Source of the DNA: a virus | DNA length: 64,000 nt | Reading direction: 5' to 3' (one strand) | IMG/VR virus record: IMGVR_UViG_3300028840_003924 | Coordinates: 32,001-96,000 of that record | Part shown: piece after piece, positions 1 through 9,181 of the stretch | How positions within the stretch are numbered: the first letter of the stretch is position 1 | Layout: the number at the start of each line of letters is the position of its first letter | The notes under the pieces: model-generated | Databases searched by the model: none | Told to the model about the DNA's origin: nothing | What the model saw: only the letters and a program-made list of their open reading frames with translations | Made by a program: the position numbers and the translations under genes

Positions 1-1954
1 TCTCAAGGTAGGCCCTAGCCAATGGCTTTTGAAGCCTTTCTACCAATCGTGCGAAGCGAACATCCTGTTGGGAAAGTGTAAGTCGAGTCGCCTGCGGGTC
101 CTCGTTGGTGAGGTAGTTCTTTGGGAACTGAAGTGCCGTGAAGAGTCGTTGTCTGAAATACAAAGCATCATCGATCTCCCCCAAATTTTCGGCTCCTGGT
201 AGGGTCTCGATTCGAGTTTGACTATTTGGTCGAACTGGAATGAAGTAATCCTCATCCGGGCCCATCGGGTTCCATCGTTCTTCTACGGCTGAAGCGCCTT
301 GGGGACCACCACTTCGCTTACGACTGTAGACCTTCTTCTTCCGGAACTGGTCCTTAACCCTGTCAACAAACGCCTCGGCACGGGGTGGTGCGATTGTTCC
401 GACATCGACGTAGAACACACGTCGTTCTGGGGCTCTAGTCAGTCTGTAAACCAACATTGCGTCCTCCATTAGTCGTAACTGATGGGCTGGACCACGGGCG
501 GCTTCGATTACAGAGATGCCGTATGGGTAGAATGTTTTACGATCATCGCCGATCCTTGCATGTACGATTTGTTCTGGATGGAATCTCAAAGCTGTCGCCT
601 GCATCAACTCGGCTTGCGATGCTCTAGTGATCTCCGTTCTTGCTAATGCATTGTAGTCGGGACCTTCTTGGGATTGCTGGAACTCATAGAGGCGACCCTT
701 GATCGTTTCAATGCGATACATGCTATCTGCTGGGAGCGACTGAACTTTGATAACGCCACGTTTCGGGTCCTCCGGGTCAATAACAAGCTCGAAGAAGTGA
801 TCGCCCAACTTACAGAGGCTTCTTTGGATGCCCCACGATCTATCATCTAGCTCAAGAAGCCTGTGCATCAAGAACTCGATCTCTTCTTTCACGTCGTGAT
901 TCTCTGTCCTGACCTTGAAAACTCTACCATCATCATCTGTCTGGCAGTTGTGAACAATCGTTGCGTCAGTAGCAAAGTTAGCATGGTCCTCCACAGATAG
1001 GTCGTAGACCTTTCGTCTCCTATTTTTCGAGACACCCACAACAGTACGCTCTTCAGGGTATCGTTTACACAGAGTTTGAATTTCGCCAAAAGTGAACCCG
1101 TGCCTCTCCAAATGGGCTATGATCATCTGGCGGTAGTGGCCAATAGCCTTTTCGACCTGCCTTACACCTAAGCCCTTTTGGATGAATCGACCGATCTTGT
1201 TTAATCGCTTGTATTCGTCAATATCCTTGTCTAGCTTCCACTCGTCGATGAACTGCCGCTCGTGAACCCAACCCTTGTTGTAGGTGAAAATCCTTGGGAA
1301 CTGAAGTGTCTTCAACTTCTTCTGATTCTCATCAGCCTGAATACGGTAAAATGGTTTGAGTTTATCACCATGTTTCAGGTCACCCGCTTCTCGCCATGTC
1401 CCATCCATCATTAGGAATCGGTGGTCGGGAGTAACCAGATGTCGCATCCCGTTGTCGAATTTAACTTCTACAGTCTTCGCTTCCCTCACGAAACGAGGGT
1501 TGTAAGCCCAACCCAAAGTGAAGTCGTTCTTCTCGAAATCCCAACAATACACCAGGAAACGTTCTTCGGGGTCCTTCTCTTCAGCCAACTCTTGAATTGT
1601 GAAGAATCCCATGGGTGTAGCAATCTTTGTGCTACCAGATAGACATGCTTCATCAGCAAAGGTATTCAGCGCAGTGTGGATTTCCGGAATGTTCTCCAGA
1701 CGCTCATACTCCTTGTAGCGACTTTTTCTGTTGGTAACCGTACTGAGGTCAATAAAGTCATTACTATCACTGGTTTGTATCCTCATCGGCGACTGAGCGC
1801 CACCCCACATGTTACTTCGGATGTCCCACCGTGCGTCAGGCGACGTAACACCGACACCTTCAATATGCTCATCCTCTTGATTTGCTTCTATCGGGCCCGG
1901 TTTCGTGGCGTAATAGAACAACTTGTATATGTCTGAAAAGAACGGTACAGCCAT
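1..1954 (-). CDS. T4 gp20-like portal protein, intein-containing; 3' end runs off the window
   Basis: Manual minus-strand translation from ATG 1954 stays open to base 1. It carries gp20 motifs RYKEYERLENIPEIHTALNTFADEA, LRLMEDAMLVYRLTRAPERRVFYVDVG, EDYFIP, IETLPGAENLGEIDD and QDVRFARLVERLQ. Not in the ORF track because it has no stop in the window. Confidence 0.93.
   Translation of the reverse strand, partial: MAVPFFSDIYKLFYYATKPGPIEANQEDEHIEGVGVTSPDARWDIRSNMWGGAQSPMRIQTSDSNDFIDLSTVTNRKSRYKEYERLENIPEIHTALNTFADEACLSGSTKIATPMGFFTIQELAEEKDPEERFLVYCWDFEKNDFTLGWAYNPRFVREAKTVEVKFDNGMRHLVTPDHRFLMMDGTWREAGDLKHGDKLKPFYRIQADENQKKLKTLQFPRIFTYNKGWVHERQFIDEWKLDKDIDEYKRLNKIGRFIQKGLGVRQVEKAIGHYRQMIIAHLERHGFTFGEIQTLCKRYPEERTVVGVSKNRRRKVYDLSVEDHANFATDATIVHNCQTDDDGRVFKVRTENHDVKEEIEFLMHRLLELDDRSWGIQRSLCKLGDHFFELVIDPEDPKRGVIKVQSLPADSMYRIETIKGRLYEFQQSQEGPDYNALARTEITRASQAELMQATALRFHPEQIVHARIGDDRKTFYPYGISVIEAARGPAHQLRLMEDAMLVYRLTRAPERRVFYVDVGTIAPPRAEAFVDRVKDQFRKKKVYSRKRSGGPQGASAVEERWNPMGPDEDYFIPVRPNSQTRIETLPGAENLGEIDDALYFRQRLFTALQFPKNYLTNEDPQATRLTLSQQDVRFARLVERLQKPLARAYLE
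947..1645 (-). mobile_element. Intein (233 aa) in portal, no intact endonuclease
   Basis: FADEA|CLSGSTKIATPMG ... block B VTPDHRFLMMDGTWREAGDL ... VYDLSVEDHANFATDATIVHN|CQTDD: Cys1, terminal His-Asn and +1 Cys. Confidence 0.92.
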
Positions 1955-2044
1955 TTTCCACCAAATCCTTTGCCTATAATCTAGTAATATGTATCTATCA
2001 TTTAATGACCAAAGTCGTACTCTACTATTGTGTCACCTTAGGAG

Positions 2045-2659
2045 ATGAACATGCATCACGATTACGTTTTCCTTATCACCCACCTTGGCGCAGATACCAA
2101 TCCGCTTGTCGGGTCAATGAATACACATCCTGAAATCTCGGTCACAATGAACCAACTCGTGTATGCCACACCTCCCGACCTGCTTTATCTACGAGCGGCA
2201 TGCGAACAAGTTAAGCCAGCTAGGATTTACGTTGCAACTATTCTGCAAAATCATACCTTTAGGTGTCCATCGTTGTATTACCAGTGTAAGTTCATCTACT
2301 TTCTCGATGAACCAAATAGTACAATATCAGCGATCTTAGAGACGCAGTATAAGCCTGAAACTATCTTGAGCTACTATGCCTTTCGGTTACAACGAATTGC
2401 ACAAATGGCAAAAGAGACGACGAATGCCATGCTGATAACGTGGAAGGATATCAACCCGGAATGTGGAGAGAAACTGACCGAGTTCTTGCACCTGAAGAAA
2501 CCACTATCCGTATTCTGCGGTGCCGAAAAGGAAATACCCGAAATGACGACTCTAGGTGAACAATCCCACTCAATCTTTAACAAGTACTTCTCTAAGATTG
2601 AGGCGGTTTTTGCTCCCGAACATTCTCCTCAACTTTCCGAAGAGCAGCAGCCTTCTTAG
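2045..2659 (+). CDS. Hypothetical protein, possible degenerate sulfotransferase fold
   Basis: GGAG RBS. The N-terminus YVFLITHLGADTNPLVGSMNTHPEI resembles the sulfotransferase 5'-PSB region (FIxxxxRSGTxLLxxxLxxHPEI) but lacks RSGT. Confidence 0.4.
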   Translation: MNMHHDYVFLITHLGADTNPLVGSMNTHPEISVTMNQLVYATPPDLLYLRAACEQVKPARIYVATILQNHTFRCPSLYYQCKFIYFLDEPNSTISAILETQYKPETILSYYAFRLQRIAQMAKETTNAMLITWKDINPECGEKLTEFLHLKKPLSVFCGAEKEIPEMTTLGEQSHSIFNKYFSKIEAVFAPEHSPQLSEEQQPS

Positions 2660-2882
2660 CGTCTTCGGCGATTTGCTTTAGCCACTTCTCGCTCTTCTGT
2701 TTGGCTTCTTTTTGGAATCGCTCTACGAACTCGTTACGCTTAGTCCGTTTCTTACCAACGGTCCCAAGCGAGGTGAGTGCCTTGTTCAACAAGGCACTCA
2801 CCTCGGCCAAGGCATAATCCTGGCCACATATCTTAATAGCTGCTCGAATGAGTGATTCTGCTTTTAGGTGCGTCTTTTTCAA
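2592..2882 (-). CDS. Hypothetical basic helical protein
   Basis: 96-aa ORF coupled to the terminase stop. Confidence 0.6.
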   Translation of the reverse strand: MKKTHLKAESLIRAAIKICGQDYALAEVSALLNKALTSLGTVGKKRTKRNEFVERFQKEAKQKSEKWLKQIAEDAKKAAALRKVEENVREQKPPQS

Positions 2883-4564
2883 AAGCCAAACTCCTTCAGG
2901 AGACTGTCATTGGGCCGGTCGATTGGCAGCACGATACCGGGAAGAACCTCGTCCTGTTCCCATGGCTCCTTCTCTGTTAGTTCTTTTCTGAAGATATCGT
3001 CAGGACTACTTTCCTCAATCTCTTTCCTGATTTGTTCGTAGCGGAACGACCCTTGTGCATCCGCTAGATTCGGTGGAACCTCCAAACCCATTGGGACTTC
3101 ACGCATGTGCTTATCTCGTGCGTACAGAGCGATTGCGAAAGCCATCACGAGATCATCGTGCTCACCCTTTTTCGCCTCGGCCCTTTTCTTTGATCGGTCG
3201 AAAATGAATGTTTCGAGTTCACGCACCAATCGGGTACTACAAATTCTCACCACATGGTTTTGCATATAGTCTTGCATCGTCTCTAAGAGAACCGGGCGGG
3301 TCGTGCGGTTTGAAACAATCCCAGCCTTCTCCGTCGTTCTCGTTCGCTGATAGTAGAGGTTCTCGTAATATAGACTGTGTTGCAACTTGTCAATAATCGC
3401 CAGACCTGGACCTGCATTCTCAACAGCAACCAGGGCGGTGTTGTAATAGAGGCCAATCTGGTTGAGGATCATGGCGAAGACGTTTGGCGGACACGTATTG
3501 CTACAGAACTCGGCAACCTGATCCATCGTGGTCATGTCGAAAATTTGAAAGGCGCTATTGTCTCCGTCGTCACCGACACCCTCTGCGGCATCGACACCGA
3601 CTACGTACTCGTGCCCATCCAACGGCTCCTGCCAAATCCACAGAGCACCCTTTTCCCAGGTGTGGAGGTCCGGATCGTCGCTGGGGTGAAGCTCAAATAG
3701 CCGCTGATCGCTGTCCCATTCGGAAAAGAGCCTTTTCAATACTCTCTTGTCCCTCGTTTCTTGATCCGCCCAACTCAGAACGTCGGCCTTTAAGTAACTG
3801 TCGCCCGAATCAAGGAAACTGCCTTCAAACTCCTGTGCCCATTTACGAGGACCTAGGTTGGCTTTCATTGAACGCTGCCACTTTTCGTCCCGATAATCAG
3901 GGTGTTCCTGATATTGAATGTTGACAACGTTGAAGTCATTTCGTGCCGCTTCGGCATCCCGATACATACGCTCGTACCAGTTACCAACACCATTAACCGT
4001 GGAAATTACGATTACGTTTCCACCGGTTGCAACCGTTGGGTACATACCGGCCCACGCATCTTCCATGTTTTGGATGAACGCCGCTTCGTCAATGATAACA
4101 TAATGAAGAGCCTGACCACGAGCACGGGCTGAACTTCCAAATTCCACCTCACTCTTGGTATCCAGAAACGTTGTAACATGCTTACTCTCTGTACCCATTC
4201 TCGGATAAAGGAATGGGTAGTCCTCACGGATAACATCCAAAGCTCGCTTAACGATCTTACCCGCCTTAATCGCTTCCATGTCTGTCTTCGAGATCACTAG
4301 AATTTGCTTGTTCGTCCTGAACATACACATCCAGAGACTCCAAAGGGTGGCGAGCGTAGTCAAACCACCTTGTCGAAACTTTCGCAAAATGTTGAATCTA
4401 TGAGTCTCAAATTCTCGCAACACACGTTGCTGAAACTCATATAGCTTAAACTTAACAGCCCCGTGTTTCAAACTACGAATTTCAATGTAGTTCGCAGCAA
4501 AATACTCGAAACTACGAGCACACTTCATCCACTCTTCCTCGTGCCATGGCTCGGTAAAGTTCAT
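2879..4564 (-). CDS. terL: Terminase large subunit (T4 gp17-like)
   Basis: Q motif LYEFQ, Walker A KFRQGGLTT, Walker B YVIIDEAAF, motif III VISTVNG, nuclease VVGVDAAEG and HDDLVMA. AGGAGG RBS. Confidence 0.95.
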   Translation of the reverse strand: MNFTEPWHEEEWMKCARSFEYFAANYIEIRSLKHGAVKFKLYEFQQRVLREFETHRFNILRKFRQGGLTTLATLWSLWMCMFRTNKQILVISKTDMEAIKAGKIVKRALDVIREDYPFLYPRMGTESKHVTTFLDTKSEVEFGSSARARGQALHYVIIDEAAFIQNMEDAWAGMYPTVATGGNVIVISTVNGVGNWYERMYRDAEAARNDFNVVNIQYQEHPDYRDEKWQRSMKANLGPRKWAQEFEGSFLDSGDSYLKADVLSWADQETRDKRVLKRLFSEWDSDQRLFELHPSDDPDLHTWEKGALWIWQEPLDGHEYVVGVDAAEGVGDDGDNSAFQIFDMTTMDQVAEFCSNTCPPNVFAMILNQIGLYYNTALVAVENAGPGLAIIDKLQHSLYYENLYYQRTRTTEKAGIVSNRTTRPVLLETMQDYMQNHVVRICSTRLVRELETFIFDRSKKRAEAKKGEHDDLVMAFAIALYARDKHMREVPMGLEVPPNLADAQGSFRYEQIRKEIEESSPDDIFRKELTEKEPWEQDEVLPGIVLPIDRPNDSLLKEFGF

Positions 4565-4608
4565 TTGTCCTCCTAACTTATGTACAAGCTAAAAGAGTAA
4601 AAGCTGCC

Positions 4609-4616
4609 CTAGATAG
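4609..4616 (+). promoter_or_regulatory. Putative late-promoter-like CTAGATAG
   Basis: The same 8-mer lies upstream of ORFs 4629 and 11518. TAnATA variants recur before other structural genes. Confidence 0.4.
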
Positions 4617-4628
4617 CTTAACTGGAGA

Positions 4629-5327
4629 ATGAACATGTTCAAAACATTCAAGGAATACGTGCAATATCGTGAGGCGGTAACGCCTGTTGGGCGAAAAGGG
4701 CCACGTATATATAAGGGCGCAGAAATCCTCGGTAAGGGGCCCGAAGCAGAAGCGGCGTATCGCTCAGGCAGAACCGCTCATGAAAGGCAAACAGGTATGC
4801 CCGCACCACAAAAGGGAAGAGTCCTTGTCTCTGGTGATCCACAACTTGCGAAGAGGGCTTATGAAATCGGTAGTCCGACACCAGCACCAAAACACCCTAC
4901 TACAGGTGGCCCACCCATGAAAGCAACTTGGGAGTTTCCGCAACAACAACTCGGCGACCCTCGTTTAGCGAGACCCGGCGAACTACCCAAACCTAGCCCA
5001 TGGGCCGATAAACCTCACGATCTCGATCCTTTTGGTGATGATGACGATTCTTCTTCTTGGATCGATCTTGGCCCACCACTTAGCGATTTGCCAAAAGAAC
5101 CAACCGCCGAAAAAGGTGCAGATGCCTGGACCCAAACAGTTAATCAGGTTGGAGATCAACTCCTTCGGCAATATGGATCATCGGCTCTAGCTAGCGTACC
5201 TTTAACTACCATAGCAAAACTGCTGCCCAAAGGATGGACACCAGACCAATATGCCGATGCCGCAGATCAAATCGGGAAGTGGGCCCGGCAGCTAAGACAG
5301 GCCCAACAAGGAAGCCAACCCGCTTAA
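4629..5327 (+). CDS. Pro-rich hypothetical protein with capsid-targeting-like leader
   Basis: Starts MNMFKTFKEYVQYREA, close to the T4 internal-protein leaders MKTFKEF / MKTYQEFIAE. Confidence 0.65.
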   Translation: MNMFKTFKEYVQYREAVTPVGRKGPRIYKGAEILGKGPEAEAAYRSGRTAHERQTGMPAPQKGRVLVSGDPQLAKRAYEIGSPTPAPKHPTTGGPPMKATWEFPQQQLGDPRLARPGELPKPSPWADKPHDLDPFGDDDDSSSWIDLGPPLSDLPKEPTAEKGADAWTQTVNQVGDQLLRQYGSSALASVPLTTIAKLLPKGWTPDQYADAADQIGKWARQLRQAQQGSQPA

Positions 5328-5339
5328 TCTGAAATTCAC

Positions 5340-5367
5340 TCAAGTTCTCCGTATTAGATGCCGATAA
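5340..5367 (+). promoter_or_regulatory. Sigma28/FliA-like promoter
   Basis: TCAAG-N15-GCCGATAA, 30 nt before ORF 5398. Confidence 0.7.
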
Positions 5368-5397
5368 CAATGAAAAGCACCTAATACGGAGATTCTC

Positions 5398-5796
5398 ATG
5401 TCACCAGATTTTGTTGATAAACTGAATGACATCATTGCGGATTTGTACGGAGGTTGGCATTTCTACACGCATGCAGCCATCGTTGTCGAGGGGCATGAAC
5501 GACTATCGCTTCAACAAGGTTTCCGGAATTTTGCCGCAGCAAACACCCTGCACATCGCACAACTAGGCGACCTGTTGCTCTTTGTTGGCGGATTCCCCAC
5601 AACCAAAGTTAATGGATGGCGATCCGACGTTACCGACCTACGACAAATCGTGGAACACGCCTCGACCAAAGAACAGGCTCTTCAGATCAAAATTGGAGAG
5701 GTGATAGCAACACCCTACCACATGAGGTTTCACGCCTTATCTGACTGCTTGATCTCTCGAATTGTGCATTTGCACCGGCTGATTGGGAGATCGTGA
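5398..5796 (+). CDS. Ferritin/bacterioferritin-like four-helix protein, ferroxidase ligands degenerate
   Basis: LNDIIADL..HFYTHA..F...A....H...LGDLLLFVGGFP follows the Bfr pattern, but the acidic ligands are replaced. Confidence 0.6.
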   Translation: MSPDFVDKLNDIIADLYGGWHFYTHAAIVVEGHERLSLQQGFRNFAAANTLHIAQLGDLLLFVGGFPTTKVNGWRSDVTDLRQIVEHASTKEQALQIKIGEVIATPYHMRFHALSDCLISRIVHLHRLIGRS

Positions 5797-6377
5797 AAAT
5801 GCCGATAGAAAATGAGCTAAAGTTTGTGCTCAAAAATGCCGATAGTATTCAATATGAGGCAATGGAAGCTTCATACGAGTGCCTAAAAATCGACCAAGGA
5901 TATGTCGAGGCGGGGACTGACCTGACCGTCAGGGTTCGCAAGGTACTCAACAGGGAAGGAATTATTCGCCACTTCTTGCAGGTTAAAACGGATAGTAACC
6001 GTGGACGAATAGAGGTATCGACTTTGATCTCTGAAAAGGATTTCACTGTTTTTTGGAAAAAGGCTAAAGGAAAGCTCTTCAAAATCCGATACCTGATAAA
6101 GAGCAAGACACACGACTATCATGAGGACCATGATGGTCATCTATGGACGGAAATCTGGGAGATGGACTTCTTGAAGACAGGAGATAATGTGACATACTTC
6201 TCGGTCTCAGAAGTTGAACTGCCAGAAGGAGTGAAGGAACCACTCTTTGAGGTTCCTGATGTGATCAGGAATAATACCGTGTTTAGAGTCCCACCGGGGG
6301 ACTCTCGGTTCTCAAACAGTCGCTTGGTAGACGTAGGATACGCTACCGAGTTGTACAAGTCACTGTTCGCCACGTAA
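5793..6377 (+). CDS. CYTH / triphosphate tunnel metalloenzyme
   Basis: ExExK (IENELKF), IDQGY, VRVRK, KIRY, WEMDF, SEVEL. Confidence 0.85.
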   Translation: MKMPIENELKFVLKNADSIQYEAMEASYECLKIDQGYVEAGTDLTVRVRKVLNREGIIRHFLQVKTDSNRGRIEVSTLISEKDFTVFWKKAKGKLFKIRYLIKSKTHDYHEDHDGHLWTEIWEMDFLKTGDNVTYFSVSEVELPEGVKEPLFEVPDVIRNNTVFRVPPGDSRFSNSRLVDVGYATELYKSLFAT

Positions 6378-6393
6378 GTAGTGAGGTAAGAAC

Positions 6394-6648
6394 ATGCAAG
6401 TACCAGAAACGGTTTACCCCGTCATTCGCAACAAGCCCGTTGCGAAGTTCCGTTACAAGGGTTCGCACACTAAGCCAGTGCGTCGAACCGTCCTTTTGAC
6501 GGAAATCAAGCAAGCAACCCTAACGGGTTACGAGCTTCGTGCGGGAAACGACACCCGTGATCCTGAGGATGAAGTTATCCGGTCGTATAGCCGAGACGAC
6601 ATCCTCGATCTGGAACGCTTCTCGTGGGCTGATTGCGACAACGTCTGA
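6394..6648 (+). CDS. Stand-alone WYL-like domain protein
   Basis: VAKFRYKG...RRTV...LTGYELR...IRSYSRDDILDLE matches the WYL pattern F-x-Y...R-x-V...R-x-F-x-x-D-R-I. Confidence 0.55.
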   Translation: MQVPETVYPVIRNKPVAKFRYKGSHTKPVRRTVLLTEIKQATLTGYELRAGNDTRDPEDEVIRSYSRDDILDLERFSWADCDNV

Positions 6649-6665
6649 CGACAGTAAGGAACATT

Positions 6666-6698
6666 GCCCACCGTCCCGGCTTCGCCGGGACGGTGGGC
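6666..6698. terminator. GC-rich hairpin, 15-bp stem, no U-tract
   Basis: GCCCACCGTCCCGGC-TTC-GCCGGGACGGTGGGC just after the WYL-like gene. Confidence 0.7.
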
Positions 6699-6784
6699 TG
6701 ACCTACTGTCCCAAAGCGTTCTGATCTTGATAGGTCAGGACAACGAAACGAAAATGAAACGAAAGCATCTTAATGGAGTTTAAC

Positions 6785-7324
6785 ATGAAATGTTGCCATG
6801 AACACAATGACCAAAACTGTGACCTCACTGAGCCAGTACAGGGTCTGCGAGTGAAAGAGCGAGTCGTCAAGGATGTACTCGATGACGGCTCCAAGCAGTG
6901 TATGCACGAAACCTACGAGGAAGTCGTGCCAATGAGACTCAGCAAACGAGTCATAAGAAAAGTTGCGGATGTGCCCATCGAAGAAAAGGTTGAAGTGTTC
7001 GGTGAGGATGGATCAATCGATACAACCGTCAGAACTCTTTCACCTGACCAACTTGATCTCGATCACCAACCTACAACTTTGGAGAGTATCGAGTCCGAAC
7101 TGCATGCCCTTCGCAACGATATGCAAGGTGCTCGTACCTGCAAATCGAAGCCTGCGAAGAAGCACATGTTCATGAAGAAGGCACAAACTCGTTATGGTGG
7201 GGCTCCTGCTGAGCAGGAAATCCAGGTTTCAACTGGCTCAAAGGGCGAGTTGCTGATCACCGCCATTTCGTGGGCCGTCTTCGCCATCGCAGCCGGTCTC
7301 CTTACTTACATGGTGATCACCTAA
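6785..7324 (+). CDS. Hypothetical protein with C-terminal membrane anchor
   Basis: GGAG RBS before ATG 6785. C-terminal hydrophobic helix LLITAISWAVFAIAAGLLTYMVIT. Confidence 0.7.
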   Translation: MKCCHEHNDQNCDLTEPVQGLRVKERVVKDVLDDGSKQCMHETYEEVVPMRLSKRVIRKVADVPIEEKVEVFGEDGSIDTTVRTLSPDQLDLDHQPTTLESIESELHALRNDMQGARTCKSKPAKKHMFMKKAQTRYGGAPAEQEIQVSTGSKGELLITAISWAVFAIAAGLLTYMVIT

Positions 7325-7384
7325 CCCGATCACCATTGTCGATGCAGCCGTTTCACTGCCGTCGTGGTCGTTCCATGCCCGGTT

Positions 7385-7416
7385 CAAAGCCTCGGTCCAT
7401 ATGGACCGAGGCTTTG
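7385..7416. terminator. Perfect 32-bp palindrome between convergent genes
   Basis: CAAAGCCTCGGTCCAT|ATGGACCGAGGCTTTG. Confidence 0.7.
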
Positions 7417-7905
7417 TCACTCTCTACATGGCTGGAATGATACCTGCTTGCGAACCTTGTCCCAATCCTTATTGGGATGTTCTTTTGAGAAATATCGCCT
7501 CGCCAATTTGTCAGCTTCCGCTGCTAGTTCTTCTCTCCATTCTTCATGTTCACAAGCGCTTTCGATATAACCGAGTGAATCCGTCTGTGGGCCCGAACCG
7601 AAGTCCAACATGATCGTTGCTTCAAAACGATGTAACGGCGCTGAAGACTCTTCGACCACCTCTTCCTCGTCGGCATACGACCAACCGATATACGCTTCGA
7701 TGAAGTTCAAAGCAGCCTCTTCACTCTCGAAGCCAAGGGTGGTCGCCTCCCCATCAAGGTAGAGTCGCTCGTCCGCAGCAGTTGCGACCTTCTTCACATG
7801 ATGGGTATGTTCGGTGCCAGCGGGGGCCGGATAAACCAGAACACCATGTTCGGACAATTCCTTGTAGAACGCTGCTCGTTCCTGACTATTCATCAGAATC
7901 TCCAT
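7417..7905 (-). CDS. Hypothetical acidic protein
   Basis: 162-aa ORF in a tightly packed minus-strand run. Confidence 0.65.
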   Translation of the reverse strand: MEILMNSQERAAFYKELSEHGVLVYPAPAGTEHTHHVKKVATAADERLYLDGEATTLGFESEEAALNFIEAYIGWSYADEEEVVEESSAPLHRFEATIMLDFGSGPQTDSLGYIESACEHEEWREELAAEADKLARRYFSKEHPNKDWDKVRKQVSFQPCRE

Positions 7906-8100
7906 TCATATAAGCGGCCACTTACTGACAAGAGCTATGAATCCGCACACCAAACACTCGATTACCCGGCGTTCTCCAGCTTCGTGCTTGGAGTTCCAAA
8001 GATTGACATAGACGCAATATTCGCCTTGGCATGCTTTCATTTCGTCGCCTGCCTCTTTGAGCTTGGATTTGCACTCTGGGCACGTCATAATGGCTGCCAT
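7906..8100 (-). CDS. Small Zn-ribbon protein
   Basis: CPEC...CLVCG. GGAGG RBS. Confidence 0.55.
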   Translation of the reverse strand: MAAIMTCPECKSKLKEAGDEMKACQGEYCVYVNLWNSKHEAGERRVIECLVCGFIALVSKWPLI

Positions 8101-8126
8101 GAGACACCTCCAGTTTCATTGATAAA

Positions 8127-8678
8127 TCACACGCCCCAGTTTTTGCGGAGATATTCAAACAACCGCTTCATACGGCCCTGACCTTCCTTGTCTTCTTCCG
8201 ACTTTTTTTCCTTCTCCTGTTCCCGGTTGCGCTTCTGGGCGAGGCGATAGAATGATTCGATATGTGGTTCCCATTGTTCTGAGGGTAGATAACAGGTCAC
8301 CTGTCCTCTTATTTCCCGATATACTAGGATACCATCAAACGTCACTTTGATCAACTCCTCATTTTCTCGGTAAAAAATCTGAAGGTTGAGCCCACTGCTC
8401 AGGGCGTCAAAATACCTTATTCCAGTCCCCGTTCCCGCATCCAAATCCGCAACAGGCAGACCTTCCACTGTATCGTCACTCAAATCCCACTCCCAACCCT
8501 CCGAAAGTTGTGGGCTAGTGCTATGGGCGTAACCGCCTTCAAATGCTGACCCGCTTCCACCCTCTGATCGCACAGCGAATCCGAGTGCCTGAATGATAAG
8601 TTTGAATTTACGGGAGAGGTTTTTTCTCGAAGCTTCAGCCTGCCGCTCCTCAACGATCTTCTGGATATTCTCTTGCAT
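8127..8678 (-). CDS. Hypothetical protein
   Basis: 183-aa ORF with AGGAGG RBS. Confidence 0.7.
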   Translation of the reverse strand: MQENIQKIVEERQAEASRKNLSRKFKLIIQALGFAVRSEGGSGSAFEGGYAHSTSPQLSEGWEWDLSDDTVEGLPVADLDAGTGTGIRYFDALSSGLNLQIFYRENEELIKVTFDGILVYREIRGQVTCYLPSEQWEPHIESFYRLAQKRNREQEKEKKSEEDKEGQGRMKRLFEYLRKNWGV

Positions 8679-8686
8679 CCGACCTC

Positions 8687-9151
8687 CTAAAGGACACGCA
8701 CGATACTGTCGCCGTTGTGAAGAATGATGCCAAAGATGTAATCCCTGATGGGGACCATATCATTATACTGCCAGCGTGTTGGCAATAAGGTGTTCGCTAC
8801 CCTTTTCCAGAACGGTAACTTACGTTGAACATTGCTGTTATCCACGATCTCCAATATCTGTTCATGCGTTCGCACCGGCATGTCATACCACGCTCTGGCG
8901 GCGAGTTGAAAACGGTTGTAGCGACGAAGAATAATGATAGGAGCGATGATGCGAACAGCGGGTTCCTTAGGTCCTGTCGCCAAAGCATAAATCCGTGGCC
9001 AAGAGGCATTCGATTCAGAGTAATCAAATTTGAAGAAGAACTCATTACCCCGATGACCGATTCGTTTGGGGAAGTTGTAAATCACTTTACTCCCTGCGAG
9101 TCCCCACATTCTGTACGCCTCTAACCGCAGTTGTCTTATATTTGTACACAT
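8687..9151 (-). CDS. Hypothetical protein
   Basis: 154-aa ORF divergent from the metalloprotease. Confidence 0.55.
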   Translation of the reverse strand: MCTNIRQLRLEAYRMWGLAGSKVIYNFPKRIGHRGNEFFFKFDYSESNASWPRIYALATGPKEPAVRIIAPIIILRRYNRFQLAARAWYDMPVRTHEQILEIVDNSNVQRKLPFWKRVANTLLPTRWQYNDMVPIRDYIFGIILHNGDSIVRVL

Positions 9152-9181
9152 AGCAGGGGTATATATCCTTAGGAGGTGGTA

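Noticed and set aside
40-1936. Short ORFs listed over the first 2 kb
   Set aside because: Shadows of the minus-strand portal gene.
7325-7384. Possible tRNA/ncRNA in the intergenic gap
   Set aside because: No cloverleaf with D and T arms could be built. Only the adjacent palindrome is supported.
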